A DNA stretch of 64,000 bases from an uncultured delta proteobacterium (GTDB taxonomy: Bacteria > Myxococcota_A > Polyangia > Polyangiales > B10-G4), in assembly GCA_963727445.1 (NCBI GenBank), contig CAVSGI010000010.1:128001-192000 (forward strand), written 5' to 3'. The notes under the pieces are model-generated. The model did no database searches, had not been told where the DNA came from, and saw nothing but the letters and a program-made list of their open reading frames with translations. The position numbers and the translations under genes were made by a program. Shown piece after piece: positions 21,889 to 34,234 of the stretch (the stretch's first letter is position 1; every line of letters starts with the position of its first letter).

Positions 21889-23835
21889 GTGTTCGGCCGC
21901 GCACGGGACCTCTTCAAGTTCCAGATCGAACGTCTCCTCCTGAGGGGGACGCACTTTCGTCTCCTGGTCATCGCGGCGGTGATCGGGCTCATCTCGGTGG
22001 TGGGCGGGCTGGTCATCGTGGCGGCCGACGCCCCGCACGAGAGCGTGGGGGAGGCGATCTGGTGGGCCTTCTTGCGCCTCACCGACCCCGGCTACCTCGG
22101 CGACGACCAGGGCCTGGTGGCGCGCACAGTGAGCACCGTCCTCACCATCGCCGGCTACGTGCTCTTCATGGGCGCGCTCATCGCGATCATGAGCACCTGG
22201 CTCTCCCAGACCATCGAGCGCCTGGAGAGCGGGCTGACGCCCATCGCTCAGAACGACCACGTGCTGGTGATCGGCAACGACGCGCGGACGCCCACGGTGC
22301 TGCGCGAGCTCCTCGAGGGCGAAGAACGGGTCCGGCGCTTCCTCGCGCGTCACGGCCGACGCACCCTGAGCATCGTCCTGCTCGCCCCCGACGTCTCGGC
22401 TCGGCTGCGCCAGGATCTTCGCGAGCGCGTGGGCAAGGGCTGGCGCGAGGCTCAGGTGACCTTGCGAAGCGGCCTTCCGCTGCGCATCGGACACCTGCGC
22501 CGCGTCGACTTCGCCCATGCCGCCGCGATCATCGTGCCCGGCAACGATCGCCAGCCTGGGGGCGCCGACGGGGCCGATGCCGCGACGGTCAAGGCGCTCC
22601 TGTCCATGTCGGCGCACGGCAAGATGCTCACCGACGAGGAGCTGCCGCGCGTGGTCGCCGAGGTCTTCGACGGGCGCAAGGCTCGCATCGCCCGACGCGC
22701 CTACGAGGGCGAGGTCGAGGTGGTCAGCTCCGATCAGCTCATCGGGAGCCTCCTCGCTCAGAACATCCGCCACCCGGGTTTGTCGCGCGTCTTCGAAGAG
22801 ATCTTCTCCCAGGGCGTCGGCACCACGGTCTACGTGCGGGAGTCCGACGGCATGGTGGGCGCGCCTTTCGGCGCGCTTCGCGCCTGTTTTCCCGACGCGA
22901 TCCCCATCGGCCTCGTACGTCCGGAGGGTCGGAGCTACACGGCGCTCATGGCGCCGCGCCCCCGCACGAAGGTCGAGGACGGGGATCGCATCGCGCTGCT
23001 GGCGCCCACCTACGAAGAGACGGCCCCCCGCGGCGCACCCGAAAAGGAGGTGCCGCGCGCGCGCTCCCTGTCGGCTCCGCCCGCGAGCACCGCCAAGAGG
23101 CGGGTGCTGCTCATCGGCTGGAATCACAAGGCGCCGGCGCTCCTCATGGAGCTCGACGACTACGAGCACGAGAGCGCCGAGGTGACCATCCTGTCACGGC
23201 GGAGCATCGCCGAGCGCGAGGAGCTCCTTTCGGAGCGCGAGCCCCTGAAGCGCGTGACCGTCCGCCACGAGGTGGGGGATTCCACCGTGCCCGGCATCGT
23301 CTCCTCCGTCGCTGCGAAGAGCTTCGACACGGTGGTCTTCATGTCCCGCGATTGGCCGAGCAGCTCCTCTGAAGCAGACGCCGAAACCCTGGTGGGCTTC
23401 ATGCTTCTGCGCGACGTGCTTCTCGAGGACGAGGAAGCAGAGGCGCCCCGCGTCCTCGTCGAGCTCGTCGACCCGAGCAACCGCATCCTCTTTCGAGACC
23501 AGCACGCGGAGACGGTGGTGAGCTCCGAGCTGATGGGGCGGCTGTTGGCACACGTGGCCATGCGCCGCGAGCTTCGCGCCGTGTACGACGAGATCCTCGG
23601 TCCCACCGGGCCGGAGATCACCTTTCGGCGCGCCGACGTCTACGGCACGCCGGACGAGGAGACGAGCTTCGGAGCGCTGGAAGTGGCGGTGGCCGAACGC
23701 GGCGACGTGCTCCTCGGCATTCAGCGCCACGGCGAGGACGATCCGCTTCTTCACCTCCCCACGAAGACGCGCGTGCGCCTCGGCGAGCGGGATCAGTTGA
23801 TCGTGCTGTCGACGGTGAGCGGCGATCGGCTCTAG
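21889..23835 (+). CDS. CASTOR/POLLUX/DMI1-related ion channel with two RCK-like domains
   Basis: TM, pore segment 'WWAFLRLTDPG', TM, then 'NDHVLVIG' and 'RRVLLIGWN' Rossmann-like domains. Confidence 0.8.
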   Translation: MFGRARDLFKFQIERLLLRGTHFRLLVIAAVIGLISVVGGLVIVAADAPHESVGEAIWWAFLRLTDPGYLGDDQGLVARTVSTVLTIAGYVLFMGALIAIMSTWLSQTIERLESGLTPIAQNDHVLVIGNDARTPTVLRELLEGEERVRRFLARHGRRTLSIVLLAPDVSARLRQDLRERVGKGWREAQVTLRSGLPLRIGHLRRVDFAHAAAIIVPGNDRQPGGADGADAATVKALLSMSAHGKMLTDEELPRVVAEVFDGRKARIARRAYEGEVEVVSSDQLIGSLLAQNIRHPGLSRVFEEIFSQGVGTTVYVRESDGMVGAPFGALRACFPDAIPIGLVRPEGRSYTALMAPRPRTKVEDGDRIALLAPTYEETAPRGAPEKEVPRARSLSAPPASTAKRRVLLIGWNHKAPALLMELDDYEHESAEVTILSRRSIAEREELLSEREPLKRVTVRHEVGDSTVPGIVSSVAAKSFDTVVFMSRDWPSSSSEADAETLVGFMLLRDVLLEDEEAEAPRVLVELVDPSNRILFRDQHAETVVSSELMGRLLAHVAMRRELRAVYDEILGPTGPEITFRRADVYGTPDEETSFGALEVAVAERGDVLLGIQRHGEDDPLLHLPTKTRVRLGERDQLIVLSTVSGDRL

Positions 23836-23856
23836 ACTCGACTAAGCTCGCCGGCC

Positions 23857-24186
23857 ATGGACGAGCTCCTCGACGAGATCCGTCGCTTCGTGGCCGAACG
23901 CGACTGGGACCGATTTCACGATCCGAAGAACCTGGCGATGGCGGTGGCCAGCGAAGCGGGGGAGCTCCTCGCCGAGCTCCGATGGGTGCCGAGCGAGTCG
24001 GCGGACGCCTGGTGCGAAGAGCCGGACAATCGCGCGCGCGTCGCCGACGAGATCGCGGACGTCGCCATCACGCTGACGATGCTCGCCGATCGAATCGGGC
24101 TCGACCTCGCCCAGGCGATGCGTGAGAAGCTCGCCAAGAACGAGGCGAAGTATCCGGCCGAGCGCTGGCGCGGCCGCCACGAGTGA
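23857..24186 (+). CDS. MazG-like (dCTP pyrophosphatase-type) nucleotide pyrophosphohydrolase
   Basis: 'F.AERDWDRFHDPKNLAMAVASEAGELL', 'DEIADV', 'KLAKNEAKYP'. Confidence 0.9.
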   Translation: MDELLDEIRRFVAERDWDRFHDPKNLAMAVASEAGELLAELRWVPSESADAWCEEPDNRARVADEIADVAITLTMLADRIGLDLAQAMREKLAKNEAKYPAERWRGRHE

Positions 24187-24219
24187 GCCCGTAGCGCCAA
24201 GGTCCTCGGAGGCGGCGAT

Positions 24220-25389
24220 TCACTGAAGACGGCGCACGCGACTGCGCAGGCGGCGATCGTCTGGCTGCTTTTCCAAGCCCTGCTCGTAGGTGGCGAGCGC
24301 TTCTGCCGTCTGCTCGAACATCAGGAGCTGGTCACCCAGGAGCTCGTAGTTGCGCGGGTTGTCGGGCTCGGATTCGACCGCGCGGCGCGCCCAGGCCAGC
24401 GCGGAGTCGAGATCGCCCATCCGCTGTAAGGTGCGCGACAGATAGCGCATCGCGTCGTCGCTCTCGGGGTCCCACTCGAGCGAGCGGAGAAACTCGCGGT
24501 GGGCGACGACCAGCCGCCCGTTCATGTAGTGGCGCCGCGCCTCCTGCCGGATGTCCGCCGCGCGGTTGCGACGCACCCACGGATTTTCGAGCATCACGTC
24601 GGGGCTCGGCTCGGGAAGGGCGGCGAGGTCTTCGACGGGTGAGTCTTCGACGACGTCGGTTTCCGTCTCCGTTCCGGTCTCCGTCTCCGTCCCGGTCTCC
24701 GTCTCCGTCCCGGTCTCCGTCTCGGTCTCCGTCTCCGTCCCGGTCTCCGTCTCCGTCTCGGTCTCCGTCTCCGTCTCCGTCCCGGTCTCCGTCTCCGTCC
24801 CGGTCTCCGTCTCGGTCTCCGTCCTCGGCCTGCGCCCGGCGATCCGCGTCCCCTCCTCGGGGAGCGTCCAGAAGACCACCGCCACGATGGCCGCGGCGAG
24901 GGCGACGGCGACGACGGCGATCCAGCGGCCGACGCCGGTGTCGGGATCCTCGTCCGGCTCCTCGACGGGGCGCACGATCTTCTCCGTGGGCTCGCGGGTG
25001 CCTGGCAGGGCGCGGCCACGGCGCATGGCGACGCTCTCCGACTCCTCCTCGGCGTCGACGTCCACCTCGAAGACCGGCATGTCCGGCGGGTCGAGGGAGG
25101 AGACGTCGCTCTGGGGCGGGATGTCGACGTCCACCGCGACCTCGCCGTCCGTGTCCGGATCCGCCGAAGACGGGGGGCTCGAGCCGATCAGCCGCTTTTC
25201 CTCCGAGATGGGAGGGAGCTTCTTGCGCCGGCCGGCGCGGGGCGGGACCGGGGGCTCGCTGACTTTGATGTTCTTCGGCACCTTGACGACATCGGTGCTC
25301 CCCGCGGTGGGGGGCCGAAAGCTGGGCAGCCGCTTGGGGCGCTCCCGCTTTTCGTCTTCGCCTTCGGCCACGACCCGGAATTTTGCCAC
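24220..25389 (-). CDS. Bitopic membrane protein: disordered N-terminus, TM, (ET)n stalk, C-terminal TPR domain
   Basis: Likely GTG start at 25389. One TM (WIAVVAVALAAAIVAVVFW) and TPR helices at the C-terminus. Confidence 0.7.
   Translation of the reverse strand: MAKFRVVAEGEDEKRERPKRLPSFRPPTAGSTDVVKVPKNIKVSEPPVPPRAGRRKKLPPISEEKRLIGSSPPSSADPDTDGEVAVDVDIPPQSDVSSLDPPDMPVFEVDVDAEEESESVAMRRGRALPGTREPTEKIVRPVEEPDEDPDTGVGRWIAVVAVALAAAIVAVVFWTLPEEGTRIAGRRPRTETETETGTETETGTETETETETETETGTETETETETGTETETGTETETGTETETDVVEDSPVEDLAALPEPSPDVMLENPWVRRNRAADIRQEARRHYMNGRLVVAHREFLRSLEWDPESDDAMRYLSRTLQRMGDLDSALAWARRAVESEPDNPRNYELLGDQLLMFEQTAEALATYEQGLEKQPDDRRLRSRVRRLQ
24660..24822. repeat. Imperfect (GTCTCC)n hexamer tandem repeat encoding (ET)n
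   Basis: Directly visible tandem hexamers; boundaries approximate. Confidence 0.9.
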
Positions 25390-25433
25390 AGTCCCCACCC
25401 GCGGGACGAATTGCCGGTTTGGTATCGTTGTGT

Positions 25434-27338
25434 ATGGGCGTGGTGGTGGGGTTCCTCTCGTTTCTGCTGGTTTGCGCCTGCGGAGGCACCTCCGATGGGT
25501 CGGGGGAGGCTCCCCCGGAGACACCTCCGCCCGCCCGGGCTGCGGCCGACCCGCTTCCGAGGAGCGAAGCGCCTCCCGCCGCCGAGCCCCCGAGCGAGCC
25601 TCCCGCCCATCCGCTCGCCCCGCTCCTTTTGACCGAGCCGGTCCTCCTGATGGAGCTCGAAGCGCACGGGCTCGCGCTTCACGACATCCTCGGCGTCACG
25701 GGGCCGGACACCCACGCTCTGCATCGCCAGAGCTCCCACTACCGCTCCTTCGTCGATCTCGTCGGTCTCGATGATTCGGTGGCGCGCTGGCGCGACCCCG
25801 CGGCGCGCGTGGGCCTCTCTGCCAGTCACCGCCTCTTCAACCCCGGCTGGCTCGATCGCGAGAGCACGCGCTTCGAGCTGATCGCCGTGGTCAACCGGTT
25901 GGACCGGATCCACGCGACGCCCGAGGGCTGCGGGGAGGTGCGGTTGATCTACCGACTGGCCTACGGCACCGGCCACGCGGGATCGCGTCTCCCCATGACC
26001 CTCAACGCGGTCTTCGATCAGGGGGACGACTGTCCGGCGGTGGCCCGCTTCTGGCTCGGACTCGCGAACGCCTCCGACCTCACCCAGGCCCTGCGCACCG
26101 CGCCCAGTCCCCTCGCGGGTGATCCGCGACCGAAGCGACTCGAGGTGAACTTCCAGTCCGGGCGCTGGCCCTCGGGCGTGCGTCCATCTCTGGGCGGGCA
26201 TGCCGAGTACGTCCTGCGCGTCTTCCACTTCGAAGGGGATCACGTCGTGGTCGGGACGCTGGAGAACACGCCGACGCAGCGCCTCGGTGGCGGCAAGCGC
26301 AACGAGCTCCGCGAATGGCTCGCCGGACACCTCGAGGAGGTCGACGACGGGACGCTCCTCGTCCCCGAGCGCTTCCTCGCGGAGCGCAGCGTCTCGGTTC
26401 ATCCGCGCGGGCTCGCGCGCTACGCCAACCGACCGTGGTCACAGATCCTGCCGCACCCCGAGCGGCCGCTGCCGCACGTCTCCGACGGAACGCTCACGCA
26501 GATCGCGTCCCAGGTCGGCTTGATGCGCCGGCTCGACCAGATGTCGTGCAAGGGCTGTCATGCCTCACGGGCGCTCGCCGGCTTTCACGTGCTCGGAGAG
26601 GACCGCCCCGGTACCAGCCCTCACAACGCGATCCAGGTGGGGATCAGCCCGCATCTGTTGAACGACCTTCCCTTCCGCGCGGCGAATCTATCGGCCATCG
26701 CCGAGGGGCACCCGCGCCCGCGTCGCCCCTTCTCCGATCGGGGCGCCTCCACCGGACGCGTCGGCGATGCGTGTGGTCTCGGCGACCCGACCTTTGCCGA
26801 TTGGACCTGCGAGGAGGGCAACGTCTGCAAGGATCGCCACGGCGACGCGGTCGGGGAGTGTGCCCCCGCTGCCGGGCCGGGCCCGGGGGATGGAACCGAG
26901 CTCGGCGAGGTCACCCGCGACCGCCGCGGGCTTCGGGATCGCGTCCGCAACCTCCGCACCGAAGAGTGTCTGCCCATCGACGGCGAGACGGCGCGCGCGG
27001 CCCCGAGCGGCAGCGGCTTCCCGAACGGCATCTGCGTCGCGCCCTGCGAGCGCTTCGGCCTGGTCGACGGCGACCGCATCTGCGGCCCGGTGCCCAACGG
27101 GCAAGGCACGCAGTTCGACGGGTTCACGGCCTGCCTGGCCCAGCATCAGCAGAGCTTCGACGTCTGCCTGGGAGACGACGCGCATCCGACATGGCTCGCG
27201 CGGTGCGATTTCGACGAGCCCTGCCGGGACGACTACCTCTGCGTCGACGTCCCAAACGCGCCCGAAGGGCAGGGCGCGTGCATGCCGCCCTACTTCCTCT
27301 TTCAGGTGCGGGTCGACGGGCACCGCGTCCCACAGTGA
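25434..27338 (+). CDS. Hypothetical lipoprotein with one CxxCH and a Cys-rich C-terminal region
   Basis: Signal ending VCAC, SCKGCH, many Cys in the last third. Confidence 0.7.
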   Translation: MGVVVGFLSFLLVCACGGTSDGSGEAPPETPPPARAAADPLPRSEAPPAAEPPSEPPAHPLAPLLLTEPVLLMELEAHGLALHDILGVTGPDTHALHRQSSHYRSFVDLVGLDDSVARWRDPAARVGLSASHRLFNPGWLDRESTRFELIAVVNRLDRIHATPEGCGEVRLIYRLAYGTGHAGSRLPMTLNAVFDQGDDCPAVARFWLGLANASDLTQALRTAPSPLAGDPRPKRLEVNFQSGRWPSGVRPSLGGHAEYVLRVFHFEGDHVVVGTLENTPTQRLGGGKRNELREWLAGHLEEVDDGTLLVPERFLAERSVSVHPRGLARYANRPWSQILPHPERPLPHVSDGTLTQIASQVGLMRRLDQMSCKGCHASRALAGFHVLGEDRPGTSPHNAIQVGISPHLLNDLPFRAANLSAIAEGHPRPRRPFSDRGASTGRVGDACGLGDPTFADWTCEEGNVCKDRHGDAVGECAPAAGPGPGDGTELGEVTRDRRGLRDRVRNLRTEECLPIDGETARAAPSGSGFPNGICVAPCERFGLVDGDRICGPVPNGQGTQFDGFTACLAQHQQSFDVCLGDDAHPTWLARCDFDEPCRDDYLCVDVPNAPEGQGACMPPYFLFQVRVDGHRVPQ

Positions 27339-27345
27339 GCGGCGC

Positions 27346-28141
27346 TCACTCCGGATCGGCGAAGTCGGCGGGGCGCTTCATGAACACCGCCTGCGCCGCT
27401 TCCATCTGATTGGGGCTGCCGAGCAGCGGGCGCTGGAGCTCGGTCTCGAGCGCGAAGCTCTCCTCCGGTCCCATCGTCCACGCTTCGTTCAAGAGGCGCT
27501 TGTCAGCGCGGATGGCGTGAGGGGAAGACGCGGCGATCGCCCGCGCCGATTCGAGGGCCGTCGCGATGGGATCGTCGACGGCCCGGGTCACCACGCCGAG
27601 GGCGACGCCCTCCTCGCCGGAGAAGCGGCGCGCGGTGAAGGTCAGCTCCTTGGCGACGTCGAGGCGCACGCGACGCAGGAGCGTCTGGGTGATCCCCATG
27701 TCCGGGACGAGGCCGTAGCGCGCCTCCATCACCGAGAGCTGCGCGTCCTTCGTCGGCGTAGACGATGTCGGCGCCGAGGGCGATCTGCAGCCCGCCGCCG
27801 AAGGCGAAGCCGTGCACGGCGGCGATGACCGGAACCGGAACCTCCTGCCAGACCCAGGCGACCTTCTGAGCGAGGTTCGCCACCTGACCCTCCGCGCGGT
27901 TCAGGAGCTCGGGTGCGGACTGGGGATTGGACATGAAGCTCATCCAGTCGAGACCAGCGCAGAACCCCTTCCCCTCGCCGCTCAGGACCACGGCGCGCAG
28001 GCGCTTGTCGTCGGCGAGCGCTTCGCCGGTGGCCGCGATCTCGAGAAACATCGCGTGGTCGAGGCCGTTGCGCTTGTCCGGCCGGTTCAGCTTCACGTGC
28101 GCGACCTTTCCGTCGCGCTCCACGATCACCCGTTCACCCAT
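27346..28141 (-). CDS. Enoyl-CoA hydratase/isomerase (crotonase) family protein, split by a frameshift at about 27750
   Basis: N-part: [37 protein letters not shown]-part (ORF 27346..27732): [21 protein letters not shown]. Confidence 0.88.
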
Positions 28142-28187
28142 GGCGGCTTGATACCACCGAATCGGCGCTCGCGGGGGCCCCGTCGGA

Positions 28188-30393
<2,206 letters not shown>

Positions 30394-30430
30394 CGAGGAG
30401 CATCGTAGCGCACTTGGGGCGCCTCTCGTC

Positions 30431-31423
30431 CTAGCCTTTCCAAGGTACGGAGCGGGGGGTCCGAAGGAGCCGATCGACCGCTCCACGGGCGGTTTCGAAG
30501 CGCTGCCCCCAGCTTCCCTCGACCACCACGTAGGGCCTTCCGTGCTCTTGTAGCGTCGCTTTGCAGCGGTCGAAGAAGGAGCGTCGCTCCTCGGGCAGAT
30601 AGCGGACGACGTCGTCCACCCAGGGCACGTCCACGTTGCACAGCAGGGTCAGATCGTAACGATGCTCACGGGCGGCGGCGCGAATCCATGCGGGACATCG
30701 GCCGTAGAGCACGTCACTCCAGATCGTGGTGCTGAGCAGATCGGTATCGCAGATCATCAGCGGGCCCGTCGAACGGGCGAGGGTGTCCTCCATCGCGCGC
30801 TGGCCGCGCGCGATGTGCTCGATGTCGTCTTCGGCGAGCGCGCCCTCGTGCGCCTCGATCAGCGTGCGCGCATACTCCGGGACGAGCGTCGCGTCGAAGT
30901 GTTCAGCCAGGCGTCGCGCGAGGGTCGACTTGCCGGTGGACTCGGGACCGAAGACGCACACCCGCCGGGCGAAGTGCGCCCTCACCGGAGGTGGAAGGTG
31001 CGCCCAGGCAGCGAAGGGGTCATCGCGGACGGCGGTGCCGCTGATGGGACGGATCGAGCGTTCCGGGTCGACCGGGACGAAACGCGCGCCGAGGATCTCC
31101 GCGAGCTTGGGACCGTAGCTCTCGGAAGCGAAGACCAGGTCCACCGGCGCTGGCAGGATGCGGGTGAGGCTCTCTCTCCACAGCTCCCAGAAGTGCGGGT
31201 GCTCCTCGGGCGATTGCGGGTTTTCGTCCCTCAGGTGCAGCACCTCGGCGCGGGGCGCGAGCTCCCGCATCCAGGCGTGTCGGAGAGCGCTGTCGATGGG
31301 CTCGCCGCGAACGTGCTCCACCACGACGAACACCTCGTCTGCGTATCGTGTCGCGACGTCGATGAGGTAGAGGTGTCCCGAGTGAGGCGGCAGGAACTTC
31401 CCCAGGACCAGGCCGCGGGTCAC
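30431..31423 (-). CDS. NadR-like bifunctional nucleotidyltransferase / P-loop kinase without an N-terminal HTH
   Basis: GTG 31423 overlaps the NRPS-like stop. [10 protein letters not shown] (HxGH), 'FASESYG', 'ISGTAVR', GPESTGKST, 'VPEYAR', 'CDTD', 'VPWVDD..R'. Confidence 0.88.
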   Translation of the reverse strand: MTRGLVLGKFLPPHSGHLYLIDVATRYADEVFVVVEHVRGEPIDSALRHAWMRELAPRAEVLHLRDENPQSPEEHPHFWELWRESLTRILPAPVDLVFASESYGPKLAEILGARFVPVDPERSIRPISGTAVRDDPFAAWAHLPPPVRAHFARRVCVFGPESTGKSTLARRLAEHFDATLVPEYARTLIEAHEGALAEDDIEHIARGQRAMEDTLARSTGPLMICDTDLLSTTIWSDVLYGRCPAWIRAAAREHRYDLTLLCNVDVPWVDDVVRYLPEERRSFFDRCKATLQEHGRPYVVVEGSWGQRFETARGAVDRLLRTPRSVPWKG

Positions 31424-34234
31424 GCCGCACCTCCGATCGCCGCGCGGACGTAGCGCCGGAGGAGCGCGCGGCTCGGCACGGGGCATCGAAGCGAGTCGCC
31501 CATCCGTGCGCGGGTTCTTCGGGTATCGAAGCGCGCGCGGGTGGCTTCGAAGAGGTCGAGGCCGCGATGTCGTGAGAAGGTCTCCTCGCCCAGGGAGCGT
31601 CCGAGGGCGAGGCAGGCGGCGCCCACGTCGGCATCGTCCGTCGCCTCGAGGACTTCGGCGACGCGCACGCGGAAGGCCGCCTGCGAAACCTCCGCCAGGC
31701 GAATGCCTTCGTCCTCCATGGCCCGTCGCAGAAGCGCGAAGCGCGTGGCCTCCGCGGCTGCGACGTGAAAGACGCCATCCATTTCTCGCTCGTGGGCGCG
31801 GGCGATCAGGCGGGCCGTGACCTCGGCCGCGTAGTCCACGGGGGTCACGTCGAAAGCGAGGGCCGGGTCTCTTTGCGCGGGCACGACGCCGAGAGCGGCG
31901 AGCCCGCGGATGGTGCGCGGGAGCCAGGCGCCGCGCGGGCCGCGGCCGGAGGCGGATTCGCCGGTCAGCAGCCCGAAGCGGAGGACCTGCGTCGATGACA
32001 GGTGTTCGGCGGCCGCGTGCACGAGCAGCTCCGCCGCCACCTTGGTCTCCGCGTAGCCACCATGAACGCGGGTGCTTTCGCGCGGCATCCGATCTTCGAA
32101 GTGCTCCCCTTCGGCGTCGTCGGTGCTCACGAAGACCGAAAGCGTCGAGGCGTAGGTCACGCGTTTGGGCCGTCCCTCTGCGGCGAGGGCGAGGATGGAC
32201 GCCGTCCCCTCCACGTTCGCCGGATGGAGGACCTCCCACGGTGCGGTCACGCTGACCCGGGCCGCGCCGTGCACCACGTGGTCGACCTCGGCGGCGAGCT
32301 GGGCCCATCGAGATGGGTCGAGTCCGAGCTTTTCCCGGGTGAGATCGGCCGCGATCACCTCGATGCGATCGGCGGGCGCCCCGAGCGCCTCGAGGCTGCG
32401 GCGCACCCGCGCGTCCGCCGGCTCTTCGCCGTCCCGCGCCAGGCAGATCAGACGCGCGGGGCACAGAGCGAGGAGACGCGCGACGATCCGCGCGCCGAGA
32501 AAGCCCGTCGCTCCGGTGATCAAGATCGCACGGGGCGCGCCGTCACGGGGCGCGCCGCTCGGCGCGGGCAGGGCGCGCGCGAGCGCGGCCGCGCGCGCGC
32601 CGAGCGCGGCCACCGTCGGGGCCTCCTCGGACGTGCGCGCTTCCATCCGAGTCGCCAGCGCCGCCAGGCTGCGCGCGCCGAGGAGCGCGCCCGCGTCGAG
32701 CGGCAAGCCCATCGCCTCGGCCCGCGCCACCACCTCGAGGGCGTCGAGGGAGGTGCCGCCGAGATCCGAAAAGCGCGCGCCTGCGTCGAGGGCAGGGCGC
32801 CCGAGGACGCGCGCACAGATCCCGGTCAGCGCCACGAGGAGCGGTGAGGCCGGCGGCGCCCCCGCGCGCAGGAGGGCGCGCCGGTCGAGCTTGTGATGCT
32901 CCGTCTCGGGCAGGCGACCGCGCCGCGTGATGCGCGAAGGGACCATGTAGCTCGGAAGCGTCTCGGCCACCCACGCGCGGAGCTCGGCGTCGCGCGCTTC
33001 ACGTGCGAGCTCGACCCAGGCTTCGACGTCGGCCTCGAGCGTCACCGCCGCGCGCCGGACGGCGGGATGCGCTTCGAGGCGACGCTCGATCTCTTCGGGC
33101 GCGACGAGGTTGCCCCGAACCTTTCGCTGGCGATCGATGCGCCCCTCGAAGAGCCAGGTCCCATCGGCATCCCTGCGCACGCGATCGCCCGTTCGGAACC
33201 AGCGCTCTCCCGCGGCCACCACGAAGCGCGTTTTCGTGAGCGCCGGTGCGCCGCGATATCCGCGCGCCACCCCTGGCCCGCCGATGAGGAGCTCGCCGTC
33301 CTCGATGCGGTAGCGCGCGCCTCCGATGGGCGCGCCGATCGACGGTCGCGCCCACGCCTCGTCGCAGATCGCGACGCTGGTGCAGATCGTCGCCTCGGTG
33401 GGACCGTAGACGCTCACGAGGTGCACGCGCGAAGCGAAGCGACGCACCGCGGCCGGGTCCGCCACCTCGCCGCCGATCACGATCGTGCGAAGTGTCGCGG
33501 GCAATGGCGCGCAATCGAGATGGGGCAGGAGCGCGGGCGGCAGATCGACGTGGGTGATCTCGCGTCCGCGGAGCGTCGCGACCAGGGCGCGGGGATCGGC
33601 GAGGCGGAGCGCCGGTGCGACGACGAGGGTCGCTCCGGCGAGGAGCGCCGTGAAGACGTCGGACAAGGACGCATCGAAGCCAGGCGAGAGCACCCACAGG
33701 CAGCGACTGCTGGCGTCGATGCGGAAGGCGGCGATTCGATCGTCCAGGACCGGGAGCACGCCGTCGTGCGGGACCTCGACGCCCTTCGGCTCGCCGCTGG
33801 TGCCCGAGGTGAAGACGAGCCAGGCGAGGGGCGTCCCGGCCTCGGGCGCGCCGTCGCCCTCGGTCCCTGCCTCGAAAGCGATGCGCGGAAAGACCTCGGC
33901 CGAGCTCCACGTGAGGATTCTGCGCGGCGCCGCTTCGGGCGAGGTAATCCTCGGCGCGCGCGGCTGGGAGGGAAGGGTCGATGGGCACCGGAACGAAGCC
34001 ACCGATCCAGGCGCCGATCACCGCGGTGGCCCACTCCGCCGAGCGAGGGAGGTGAAGCGCGACGGTCTGGCCCTCCTTCATCCCGCGCGCGCGAAGCGCC
34101 GAGGCCAGCGCGTCGGCGGCGGCGAGGAGCGCCTCGTAACTCACCACGTCATGGCCGCTGTGAACGGCGATCGCGTCGCCCTGGAGGGCCGCGACCTCGC
34201 GCAAGCGCTGGACGACGGGCGGGGCCGGTCTCAC
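31420..34234 (-). CDS. Stand-alone NRPS-like adenylation-thiolation-reductase (A-T-R) enzyme, frameshift at about 33918
   Basis: A motifs FTSGTSGEPKG, FDAS, YGPTE, GELLIGGPGVARGY, FRTGD, GRIDRQ.KVRG, HKLDR. T motif DLGGTSL. R motifs TGATGFLG, NVEGT, GYAETK. N-terminus comes from ORF 32999..34234; GATTC to GATC joins the frames. Confidence 0.9.

Noticed and set aside
20735..24186. tRNA pair as the attachment site of an integrated element
   Set aside because: No integrase, no duplicated tRNA 3' end that I could find, and no obvious composition shift downstream.
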